Assembly: GCA_051362555.1 (NCBI GenBank)
Contig: CM120644.1
Location: forward strand, 24,140,534 to 24,204,533
Source: Lingula anatina
Lineage: Eukaryota > Animalia > Brachiopoda
Direction: 5' to 3'
Length of the DNA stretch: 64,000 nt
Shown: positions 11,785 through 22,561 of the stretch, piece by piece
How the letters are laid out: the number at the start of each line of letters is the position of its first letter
How positions within the stretch are numbered: the stretch's first letter is position 1
The notes under the pieces: model-generated
Seen by the model: only the letters and a program-made list of their open reading frames with translations
What the model was told of the DNA's origin: nothing
Database searches by the model: none
Program-made: the position numbers and the translations under genes

Positions 11785-13851
11785 TTATTGTAGGTACTGG
11801 AATGTCTTAACTTTACCCCATTTCTCTGCCACCACTAGCTGGGCAGCAGGGTTGATGGCTAATGCTGTGGGGCACCACAACCCATCCTTCTTAGTGGCAA
11901 TGTATCTGATAAACTGCCCTTGTGGATTCAATGCCACTATCCTGTGGTTCCACGTGTCAGCAATGAAGATGTAACCAAAGCTGTCTGTGCATACCCCACA
12001 TGGTCCATTCAGCTGACCATCACCACTTCCTTGTGTACCATACTGATACAGATGATCACCAGTAGGTGACAGAACATGTACACAGTCATTTCCAAAGTCT
12101 GATATCACAATGTTATCATTCACACTGTTCACTGTGATGTAGCCTGGTTCCTCACACATACTGAGTGGAATAGTGTTCAGGAGCTGTCCACTGCCTGCAT
12201 GGAATGTGAAGATAGATCTCCTATCCCTGTCACTAACTATCACATGACCTTGTAAATTCAGTGTAATACCACTTGGCTTCTCCATTTGACCCCCACCCAT
12301 GGTTGTCACGTGCTCACCTCTGGTGGAGTACACTTTGACACATTTGTAACCCTGTGATGTTATGTAGAGCCCACCAGTCTGTGACAGTGCTACATCTTCT
12401 GGGTTTTTTAGTTTTATCTCGAACTTGAATTCCCCTGTATGTGAAAATATTCTTGTTCTGCCAATTCCATTATCCACGACAAACACTTGTTCCTCATCTA
12501 TGGCTAATCCACTTATTTTGATTACGCTGTCATGTTTCAGTTTAGGACTAAAAGAATGCACACATCCTGCCGTCCCTAAGAAAGTGGGAAGAATTGGATA
12601 TACAGAAGACGTTGTCCTCCTAAAAGATGGGTATTGTGACTGAGCTACAGTGACCGCTGTTGCCTGTTCAGTTACTGGCGGGTACTGTGACCCAACTACT
12701 GTGACCGCTGTTGCCTGTTCAGTTACTGGCGGGTACTGTGACCCAACTACTGTGACCGCTGTTGCCTGTTCAGTTACTGGCGGGTACTGTGACCCAACTA
12801 CTGTGACCGCTGTTGCCTGTTCAGTTACTGGCGGGTACTGTGACCCAACTACTGTGACCGCTGTTGCCTGTTCAGTTACTGGCGGGTACTGTGACCCAAC
12901 TACTGTGACCGATGTTGCCTGTTCAGTTACTGGGCGTTGTGATTGTACCGTCACATTTCCTAACATGGCTTCCAGTCCAGCTGCAGATATCTTACCAGGG
13001 CTGTAGGATATCTCAACGGGTGTCTCTGGAGTTGGGAAAGTTATTTTTCCCAATACTTCTATGAGGGATTCAAAGTGAGCCATGATATCAGAGTCACTGC
13101 CATTAGTCAAAAGTTCTTGGGAAAATTCGCAGACACTGTGCAAGGAGGCATGGTCGTGTTCAAGAATGTCCTTCTTTGCCTCCTGCCGCTGTATTTTGGC
13201 ATCATAGGTAGAATTCACTTCCGACATCAAAACCATTTTTCTCTTTTTAATTAGTCGAATAATACGCTTGTATTGTTGTTCAATCTCATTGATGATTGAT
13301 GTCCTTATCTGACAGTCCTCTGTTTTAGTGTCTGTCACCTTGGCGATTGCCTTTTGAAAACTGTTCATTATTTTCTCGGTTTGTACAAGGACAGCTCTGA
13401 TTTTTTGTCTGTTGCTTTGTGTAACAATTTCAGCTAATGAATTACCATGATTTGATGCTCCACGATCACCATATCCATTGGCATCGTCATCCTCACAGTA
13501 ATAACTTACTTCACTACCGATGTCCGTCTGTGCAATGGCCTGTGTCACACCATGCACATCAGTTTCTTTACTTGGAGATGATGCTTCATGCTGTGGTCTC
13601 TGACTCAGAAGCTCTTTCGTTTTGTGAACTCGGAAATCTTTTTTTAATTTTACAAGTCCATCCTTATTTATCACTTCTCTACAGAGGGGGCATTGAAATA
13701 TCCTGCCCCGAGTTTGCGAAGCATAGTCACATATACAACCATAGCAAAATGTATGGCAGCAAGACAGCAAACGGGGGTCCTCATACTCTCCCAGACAGAT
13801 GCTACATGTCAAGAAATTATCCGTGATAGCTGTTGCTAATGCTTCTGCCAT
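11785..13851 (-). CDS. TRIM-NHL family E3 ubiquitin ligase (TRIM2/3/71-like invertebrate expansion type): RING, degenerate B-box, coiled coil, 17-aa repeats, NHL beta-propeller; single coding exon
   Basis: C3HC4 RING CSIC...CCHTFCYGC...CPLC. NHL repeats such as GTQGSGDGQLNGPCGVCTDSFGYIFIADTWNHRI. ATG at 13851 matches the start of the paralog. Confidence 0.9.
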   Translation of the reverse strand: MAEALATAITDNFLTCSICLGEYEDPRLLSCCHTFCYGCICDYASQTRGRIFQCPLCREVINKDGLVKLKKDFRVHKTKELLSQRPQHEASSPSKETDVHGVTQAIAQTDIGSEVSYYCEDDDANGYGDRGASNHGNSLAEIVTQSNRQKIRAVLVQTEKIMNSFQKAIAKVTDTKTEDCQIRTSIINEIEQQYKRIIRLIKKRKMVLMSEVNSTYDAKIQRQEAKKDILEHDHASLHSVCEFSQELLTNGSDSDIMAHFESLIEVLGKITFPTPETPVEISYSPGKISAAGLEAMLGNVTVQSQRPVTEQATSVTVVGSQYPPVTEQATAVTVVGSQYPPVTEQATAVTVVGSQYPPVTEQATAVTVVGSQYPPVTEQATAVTVVGSQYPPVTEQATAVTVAQSQYPSFRRTTSSVYPILPTFLGTAGCVHSFSPKLKHDSVIKISGLAIDEEQVFVVDNGIGRTRIFSHTGEFKFEIKLKNPEDVALSQTGGLYITSQGYKCVKVYSTRGEHVTTMGGGQMEKPSGITLNLQGHVIVSDRDRRSIFTFHAGSGQLLNTIPLSMCEEPGYITVNSVNDNIVISDFGNDCVHVLSPTGDHLYQYGTQGSGDGQLNGPCGVCTDSFGYIFIADTWNHRIVALNPQGQFIRYIATKKDGLWCPTALAINPAAQLVVAEKWGKVKTFQYLQ
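12629..12934 (-). repeat. Coding minisatellite, 51 bp x ~6 (PPVTEQATAVTVVGSQY)
   Basis: Unit gggtactgtgacccaactactgtgaccgctgttgcctgttcagttactggc; the internal copies are identical. Confidence 0.97.
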
Positions 13852-14767
13852 ACCTGAATCAAGGTACAAGGGTAGAAAGCTGGCTAAGGTATTTCTGTCA
13901 CTGGGTCACAAAAGTGTTAACAGAGATCACAGTTACACCACGTACATAGTATACTGTTTAAGCAGCGTAATGTCGCATGCCAAGATTTTATCTTTAATAT
14001 CTGCTGCTAGTGCTTCTGGCAAATCTGACTGTCTCTTACATGGTACAAGTTGTGTACAGATGGTGCAGGTTATTGATTGAATCACTCAGTCACAGCCAAA
14101 TTGTTAAAGATTTTCAGTTCATATTAGCAATGCGCACAGAATAATAAACGCCCACTTAGCATACTCTTTGACTGGCCTCCTGTCATGTCAGTTTTTCTGC
14201 CAAATGCTTCTGATGAAATCCCTGAAATGTGCGCCCTGTTTCTTCCTGTCTCTTTCAGTACTGCTCAAGGGTAGAAGAAAATATTTTGTCTGTTTATTAC
14301 CTGACGTTGACCGACCATAGCAACTGTCAGGTCAACAGCAGCACCCGTTGTGTATTGGCTGGTGATTGATGTGGGGGTATTATGTTTACTTAAAAGCTCA
14401 GGTTATAGAACTAGAGTCATGAATCAGACGTTTGCAGATATTTTTTTCTCGCTATGTTTGAAATAAAATTCCCTGGTTTAAATAGACCTTTTGGTGAAAA
14501 TTTTATTGTCTATTTTTTTCATTATTATTATGAACAGCATGGTTTAACATGATACTGCCAATATGCAGTGTGTAGTATTTACTCTCTTTTAGTGAATACA
14601 TCGACTGTTCATTCCTAAGCTGCTCTCACTAAAGTAAAGAGCAGATTAAAAAGAATAAAGCGGTCTTTTGTTTGCTGACTCAGCCGTTTTGTGTTTGCTC
14701 TAAGCTAAGGTTGAAGAAATAAGTTAAACAGAGTATGACAGAGTGAATTCGCTTCTACTGTGTGTAA

Positions 14768-17174
14768 GGGTCACACTGCGCTTGCGACCTTTTTGCAACC
14801 ACAAAATCTGGCGGTCGCTTGCGATCACTTTGCAAGCTAATTTAGAAGCTGTGGCCAATTTTGATCGGCAAGTAGTCGCAAACCGGGTGCAACAAGGTTG
14901 CAGTATGGTATCTGCAACCTCTTATAGACCATCGTCAAGTTATCGGTTACTAGTCGCACACTGTTTGCCGAGCGATACACAACCTGTCTGCAACCATTGG
15001 TGACCGAAATCCGGTTGCAGGACTGTAGCAATCGCTTGTCAACTGGTAGCAGCAAGGTCGCACAGAATATATATGTTGCCAACTTGTGACAGTACTAGTA
15101 GCTGCTTTCACATAAATCCCCCTCTCACAAAAATTCTCTAGTAAAACGACTGCTTTTTACAAAAACGGGACTGCTATAATCATTGACTTTGTTTACCTAA
15201 GAAGTAAAACGAGTCAAAAAAAGTCGTAATACTGGACACTTACAAGACGCCCCTTGTAAGGCGATTACAAACATTTGATGATAGAACATCGACTTGAAAA
15301 TCAGGAAGTTTTCATTTCCTGTCTAAAAATAGAACCAACAATGTTTTGTGGACTTTTGAAAAGACTACACCCTCACCTAACGAAACCAGTGCTGTAACAA
15401 AAACATAAACTTGCATACGTTTTAATCCTTATTAATCTCATAATACTCTTTAATATTTTTTTGGTCAAATGCTTGGTCTCTTTGAGGTCGCAAGGCCTGT
15501 GCAGTTACGGTCACACTGAAGAAAAAACCTCTTTGCGACTTGCAACTGTCACCGGTTGCAAAAAGGTCGGCGACCGGTTGCAACAACTCGCAAAGTGGTT
15601 TCCAAATGAACGATGGGCTAATATTCGGTTGCGCCGGTTTTCGGTGCAGCACCGATAACCTCCTGGCGACCGAAAAACCTACATGTACTTTGGGTATCCA
15701 ACCGGTTGCCAACAGGTCGCCGACTGCTTTGCAACTGATTTGCAACCGAATGTGTGATTTTCCCTTTGTCTTTTTAACCCTAGGCGTTTGCCACTTACAA
15801 TACAATGAAATAAAATCGTTACAAGTCATGCACATCGTGTACTTTTTACACTCATTCTTGTAGTGAGGATATTAAGCACTGGGAAGATGTTTAATTGTTT
15901 GTGTTGAAACTATTTTTATTTAAGTCTATTGGACACATTGTACGATTTGTTTATTTATTTGTGGATAATTTTGACTGTTGAAATTATGATATTAAATAGC
16001 AGTTATATCTTGCTGATTAAATTGCTTTTATTTTCCGTTTTCTATGCATTCGTGTATTTGTTTCATTGTTTACTCTGATAATATGGCTTTGCAAATTTTT
16101 AATAATATACAGCGATATATAATTGAGGTTTTCGGCATTTTACCTATGATTTTCGTAAAATGATAAAATAAATAAACGTCAAAAAACCATACATTGCTTT
16201 TATCATGTTGCGGATCCCACGCCAAACGAACAAACAGCGGGAAAATGTTCACACCTTTATTTACGCACACACTGATATGGACATGGTAATACTAAAATAA
16301 CAAAATAATGAAATATAGACAAACGACTTATGCTTTTACATATACATTGTGCAAAATGATTAACAATAGAATTGAATACAATACGTACAGAGAAATGTGG
16401 CTTTTCCCGCCTGATGGTGATCCACAGATTTTGCCAAAGTGACTACTAAATCTTGAGACTTGGCGACCTGAGTCTTCTGCTCGTCAAATACAAACGTGGC
16501 CGCGCCCAGAACTACTGCTGACCGTATATATACTGAGCAAATCATTTGCATAACAAAATAAGCTGACTAGTGATTGACCGTAACCGCAACTTGTTGTCGT
16601 AAGCGACAACAATCATCACATTTTTTTTGGTTTCGTAAGTGGGAAATACCTGGTATATGAAAGCCTTGGCAATTGGTATAAAATATTGCCAACAAATGCA
16701 ATTTATGTTTTCTTTTTCTAAAATATTATAGTTTATGATCTTGATATTTAGAAAACTTGCATAACAAATTATGAAAAAAGTGCCCAAATTGACCACCATC
16801 CTACGCCTATTTTTTTGCAGTCGCTTGCAACCTTCCTGCGACATATTTTTGAACGCCTGCGATCGGTAAAAAATCTGTTAGCGACCAGTCGACTAAATAC
16901 GGTCAATCGACCATGCAGTTGCTAATGGTGTGCTACTGGTTACAGCTATCTACTTACAACCAAGAAGAGACCGATAGGCAACCTTTAGGATACCAATAAT
17001 TTTCAACTTTAGTCGCACTGGTTGTCGGTGCACAAAAAATGGCCTTCATGTGTCAACGATCGCAGGCAACCTGTTAGCAACCTTATACGAACACTTAAAA
17101 ACCTATGGCAACCTTCTTGCGACTCAGGTTGCAAAGAGGTTGCCAAAAGGTTGCAAGCGCAGTGTGACCCAGGC
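14768..17174. mobile_element. Non-autonomous PIF/Harbinger-like DNA transposon (~2.4 kb)
   Basis: TIRs gggtcacactgcgcttgc...gcaagcgcagtgtgaccc(aggc), flanked by TAA/TTA, with many internal ggttgcaa/ttgcaacc motifs. The paralogous region around 10410-10425 is the empty site. No transposase ORF recognised. Confidence 0.85.
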
Positions 17175-17491
17175 TTAAAAGAAAACACCCAAAGGTGTGC
17201 TCCTGTTAAGGTGACAGGTGCTTCCTGTGTGCTTTTATATCAGATATTTAAGGGGACACAGCGTGCCTCTTGATACCAGAAAGATTTCAAAGCAGACATT
17301 TCAAATTTGAGGGACTACTAGCTGTATCACGTTTTTTTACCCTTTTGGAATTTGTCCATATGTGGTTTGTCCGTATGCTGCCCATCCATCGTTTTTTTTT
17401 TCTTGTTTATTTAGTGTTCTTAATGTGCTGCTGTGTTCTGATGCTAAAACCTGTAGTTGCTTTGTGTCATGTCCGATGTGCTTTATCATAA

Positions 17492-17897
17492 CCCCTCACC
17501 GACCCCCTCAGTGACTCACCTCCTCAGTGATACTCTTCGGTGACCCTCCTCCTCAGTGACTATCCTCAGTGACCCACCCTCTCAGTGACCCTCCTCAATG
17601 ACCCATCACTTCAGTGACTATTCTCAGTGACTCACCACCACAGTGACCCTCTTCAGTGACCCACCCCTAAGTGGCTCTCCTCAGTGACCCACCCCCTCAT
17701 TGACTATCCTCAGTGACTCTCCCCCCCTGAGTGACCCACCTCCTCAGTACCCCACACCCTCAATGACTCTCCTCAATGTACCACCCCTCAGTGACTCACC
17801 TCCTCAGTGACCCTCTTCAGTGACCCTCCTCCTCAGTGACCCTCCTCAGTGGCCCATCAGTCCACCTCCTCAGTGACCCACACCCTCAGTGACCTTC
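17492..17897. repeat. C-rich degenerate minisatellite built on cctcagtgac
   Basis: Many cctcagtgac/cctcaatgac cores separated by 4-10 nt C-rich spacers. Confidence 0.9.
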
Positions 17898-18595
17898 ATA
17901 GGGGGTATTGTCTTAAGGTCTACAATACCACTGGATTCACTACAGTGTGTACCAGTGGTTGTCGGGTTTTATTGCAAGAATTTTAATTGCCATTTATCTT
18001 TAGTCTTCTTGAATATTTTTTATAATCATTTTCACGCAATAATTAGTATGGCGGTTTTCTTAACCAAACATTTGCTGTAGTGGTTATCATGTTTTTCTGC
18101 GTAAATTGCGACTGTTAACTTTGCTTTAAGAAATGATGAAAAAGTGATATTCTATTTATATCATATCATGTTTTTATGTATATATTCATATTATGTTACA
18201 GTATTAGTAGATGAAATAAAAATATGTAAAACCATTTTGGTTTATGTGTTATATAATTTTATCGCAATATAGTAACGAAGTATCACCTACATGTTTATAG
18301 ATATTCTTTGGTGGATTAATATAGAAGTTTTAGAAAACTGTGGATTAATATAGAAGTTATGAATGAAGTTGTTTACAGATCAGTTAATTGCATTTTAGAC
18401 TCGAGTAACTAAGAGCGATGCAGGTGAGAAATTTGCGTGAAAAAAAGCTTGCCTCCGTAAGAATCAGTTTTATATATACATGTCCTAAAATGAGCAGTGG
18501 ATACTCTCCTGTCAACAATTTTCTCTCAGAACCCGGTATATTCATTTTATTTCTTTACAGTAGGATATGCATATGGAGCTCAAGTGTATGCACAG

Positions 18596-19256
18596 TATGA
18601 ACGGAATGGTAGTCCTAGTAACGCAAGTCTGACCGGAATGCAAGTCCTAGGTCTAGTGTTTCTAGGAATGGATGTCCTAGGACATACGTTAATAGGATTT
18701 AACGTCCTTGGGACGACAGTTATCAAGGAATGTAAGTCCCATTGCAACGAATGCAAGTCCGGACGGGACCTGTTTTCCCGATTTATACTGGGATTATATA
18801 TGTCCACTTTTACTTTTTCTCTCACACTTAAATGGAAGTTACATATAATAAATAATAATATGTGTGTATTAAAACGAGCGATGCGATTACCTCTATTTTT
18901 TTGATATTCACAAACTGAATGAAAAAATTAATTGTGAAAAATAACACGTAAGAAGTTGTAATAAATTAATTTTCATTTTAGTGCATATTCATTTGTCAGA
19001 TAAATTTTGGCGGCACCTTTAAGGGTGCATCCCCCTTCAGTTTGTAGGATGTACGCTCCCGATTTTGATATTCCTTTTACTACATAAGGCCCTAGCCAGG
19101 AATACTCCTGCCTTCCACCTTATGACTATTTGCCAAAGTTCATTATCATGACCAACATCATTACTGCATTGTCCCTCATCCAAGACGTCCTTCACTTTCC
19201 TCTTATTTACTTTATAAAATAGCCTGCCATGTTCAATCTGAAATAATCATTACAAT

Positions 19257-19322
<66 letters not shown>

Positions 19323-19699
19323 TAAATTTAAATTAATGACAGACCTTTTCTTCTGGAAGTGAAGTTTGATTTAAACTCACATCGGATAACTTTAAGATAC
19401 TCTTCTGGATTCCCATTGTTGCACTGCCTAACCACTACGTCAGAGAGACGAACCGGCAAATCGGCGATTTTACGGAGTAATTATATATGCTCACTAAAGC
19501 ATACTATTCATATCACTGGCCTTTACCTAGTAATTATAAAGGGACGGACATAAAAAAGGGCGGACCTCCAAGTCGCTGACTAATGTAAACAGAATGCAGG
19601 TCCGATAGGAATAGAAGTCCTATCCATATTTATGACAGAAATACAGGTCCCATTAGGACTACTAATGCTAAGGAACGGTGGTCCGGCATTCCGTTCACA
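18596..19699 (-). mobile_element. Deleted Ginger-like (Gypsy-integrase-related) DNA transposon
   Basis: TIRs t(a)tgaacggaatg...cattccgttcaca with TGT...ACA-type ends and 4-bp flanks acag/acgg. Subterminal gtcc/ggac repeats. Minus-strand remnant GGRQEYSWLGPYVVKGISKSGAYILQTEGGCTLK (GPY/F motif) at ~19017-19119. Confidence 0.75.
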
Positions 19700-20882
19700 A
19701 CGGCATTGCTTTTATCACAGAAGAGGGTATAAGCTTGGTTTTCATTTCGTTCACAAGAATGCAGTTTTTGCAGTATTTTTTTAATTATATTTTTTGTAAT
19801 GTACTTATAATTAATCTAATGGCATCTGAGCTGACCTAAATTTTGTTGTGAGCTTATCTTAATTTCACCCTGGTCTGCTTTTTCGTTACCATGACATTTG
19901 CACCAATTTCAATCTGTCATCGTCCCTACCTTCAAAAGGTGCTGGATAACATACAGTCTGCAAACGAGGGCACTCAATATTCATGCTTCGCACTGGTAAT
20001 GATCTTTACATGTTATGTTAACATGTATCTCAATACAGGACAGAACGAATGGATAATCAATTCTAATACAATAAATATTCAGAGATCATTCAAAAATCTC
20101 GGCGCATGTTCGAAAGAGCATATTGAATTCTACATAACCCTCTTTATTGCTGCACGCCTGAATTTTATGTACAGCTGTGGAGTCCATTGTTGAAACTTGT
20201 GTCTACGTTTACTCACCAGATTTTAATATAATATTAATTAGCTTAAAGATGCATACAAAGTCAATTTTTTGTCACAAAAACCGACCAAATGCCAGCATAT
20301 AGTTTCAAGTAGTATAACTAAGGGAATTACCAAAAGTCAGTGCTTAATTTTACCCGAAAATGATGTTTGAATGGATTTTTCCGCTAGCATTTTATGCTGC
20401 ATGTCAATGGGGCAGAAAAGTAGGTCACGAAAGTAGGTTAAATTTCTGACCATAAATTTAAAGAAAGGAGCAGTCTGAAGCTCTTTTATGGTTGATCGAG
20501 TGATCAATTCAGTTTATCCCTTGGTCAATCGAATTCATTTGAGTTGTATAAGAAACTAGTAGAAGTGGTTTACATGTTTTACTGGGAATCCACGCTCGGT
20601 CCGTATGTACCTTTAATATTGAAACGTCAGATGTGCGCAAATACGATATTAGGATAAACCCCTTGAATAAAACATAATTAAATGATAAATAACATACTAT
20701 CAAATGCACTAAATGTATAATTAACACTGTTAAATATTTCTCAGAGACAATTCTTATCTCTCTGTAACTGTACATTTCACTTTGAAACTAACATGGGAAT
20801 GTACCTGTGTGACATTGATTATCTATGGGTCTGAAGCCTACTTAACACTTTCTAAATGTCCAGTGTTACAGTACATTATTAA

Positions 20883-20893
20883 AATTTGACAGT

Positions 20894-20933
<40 letters not shown>

Positions 20934-20944
20934 ACTGTCAAATT
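20883..20944. repeat. 62-bp perfect palindrome centred on (TA)n
   Basis: aatttgacagtaaatt-(AT)n-aatttactgtcaaatt, followed by further tandem ttactgtcaa copies. Confidence 0.9.
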
Positions 20945-21125
20945 ACTGTCAAATTTACTGTCAATATATATATATATATATAAACGGTATATATTTCGGT
21001 GAATGAAGTCAATACACCATGAAAAAGTGCTCTACTCATGGAGGCAGACCGTGGGGAGCTGGTATAGAAATAAATTAGACTTTTCTCTCCATTTTATTAA
21101 AAAATATATAACATTATATATATAA

Positions 21126-21392
21126 CATTGGTCAAAAAGGTTTTCCCACCTTCAGTATTATGTGCATTTATTTATAAATGATCACATCACGGGTGAATAT
21201 TGTTGTAAATAGTGGTTTTCATTCCAGATACCATAACTAACATGATTAGTGGTGCAGAAAATAAAAACTAGCGGTGAAGACATCAATATTTAATACCATT
21301 TATTCACATTTATTACATGTACCACCTCACTGTTATTTTCACAGAGGTAAAGAGATGTTCATTAAATTGAAATGACACCTCCAAATGCCAAA
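21126..21392. repeat. Third, partial copy of the UGT 3'-flank segment (4473-4737, 22196-22366)
   Basis: cattggtcaaaaagg..cccacc through gtggt.cagaaaata.aaactagcgg.gaa is shared among all three. Confidence 0.85.
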
Positions 21393-22030
21393 TGGGGGTG
21401 ACGCACGTGCGACGCATTCCCGGTGTGTTCTCGCCTTTGTTCGTTAGTTGTCAGGGCGTGCGCCTTACTCAACACGCAAAGGACACTTGCTCCTTCATTG
21501 CTTGCGAAGTGCGTCTTGCACAACGCGCGTCTCTCTTGCTTACTCCGTACGCGGGGAGCAAGTTACGCTTGCAGCCTCGCTGTTCGCAGGCTATTCGTAG
21601 AATCTTTTGGACATATCCAACATGCTTCATCCGTACTTACGGGCTGTCTGCGAACTCGAAATTTCGTAAGGACTTCCGTGGGACGTGAGATTCTGCCCAA
21701 AAATTTGGACGCAAACAGCCCGTAAGAGCCCGTACGGCCGTTGTGACTGAGGCTATAAGGATATTACTTTCGCCGTTCGTAGTATTCTCTTCATAAACGG
21801 TGAGTGCGTGCCGAGTTTGAGGTAGCAAGACAAACTCAAGAAATGAGTACATCGCACCTTGCAATTAGCGTACCTGCTTCTCACGTTGACCCTGCGACTA
21901 GCAAGGCAGACTTACGCCTTTCCATTGCAAGTTTTCTTCTACTTCTAGGAACTCCACGGCCTCCACTACACCAAAAATTTGCAGGGGCCGTGCGATCCTA
22001 AAATTCGTGCGTCCGGTTGTGACCGAAGCC
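21393..22030. mobile_element. Truncated/nested Harbinger-like MITE remnants
   Basis: GC-rich, with cgtgcg/acgcac/cgtacg motifs and two right-terminus-like ends, gttgtgactgaggc-ta (21740) and gttgtgaccgaagcc-tta (22016). No left TIR found. Confidence 0.6.
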
Positions 22031-22561
22031 TTAGATCACATATTTAGTAATAATTGGGGTCAGTTAGGCTATAGCTAGCGAGCCGCTATAAGATATCATT
22101 AGACGTAATGTAAATACAGGCTAAACGATCGTCTGCTATAACTCGTTTCTATTTTCTTTTTTAATTACTTTTCACTAAATCCTACCTAAAAATATCATTG
22201 GTCAAAAAAGCTGTCCCACCAACAGTTTCATGTGCTTTCATTTATAGATTCCAGATTCCAAATACCATAACTAATGTGATAAGTGGTACAGAAAATACAA
22301 ACTAGCGGTGAATATATCCACATTGAATACCATTTATTCACATTTATTACATGTACCCCTCAAATCCGGGGCTTACTTCACAATGGCACCAAAGAGATTA
22401 TTAAAAGTTACTGGTATAAAACACGATTTTGTTCCTTATTTCCATGCATCAGTCATAAAAATACATGAAAAAAGATTTTGAAAAATATTTCATATCTTAA
22501 TATATTATTTAATATAATAATTTAAAAATGATAATTCGGTAGATATAGTAATGAAATGATA

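Noticed and set aside
14743-17273. Short ORFs inside the Harbinger-like element as transposase
   Set aside because: No DDE or Myb/SANT-like motifs recognised; the ORFs derive from repeated subterminal motifs.
17492-17897. CRISPR-like repeat-spacer appearance
   Set aside because: The core is only ~10 bp, spacers are short and C-rich rather than unique, the context is eukaryotic, and there are no cas genes.
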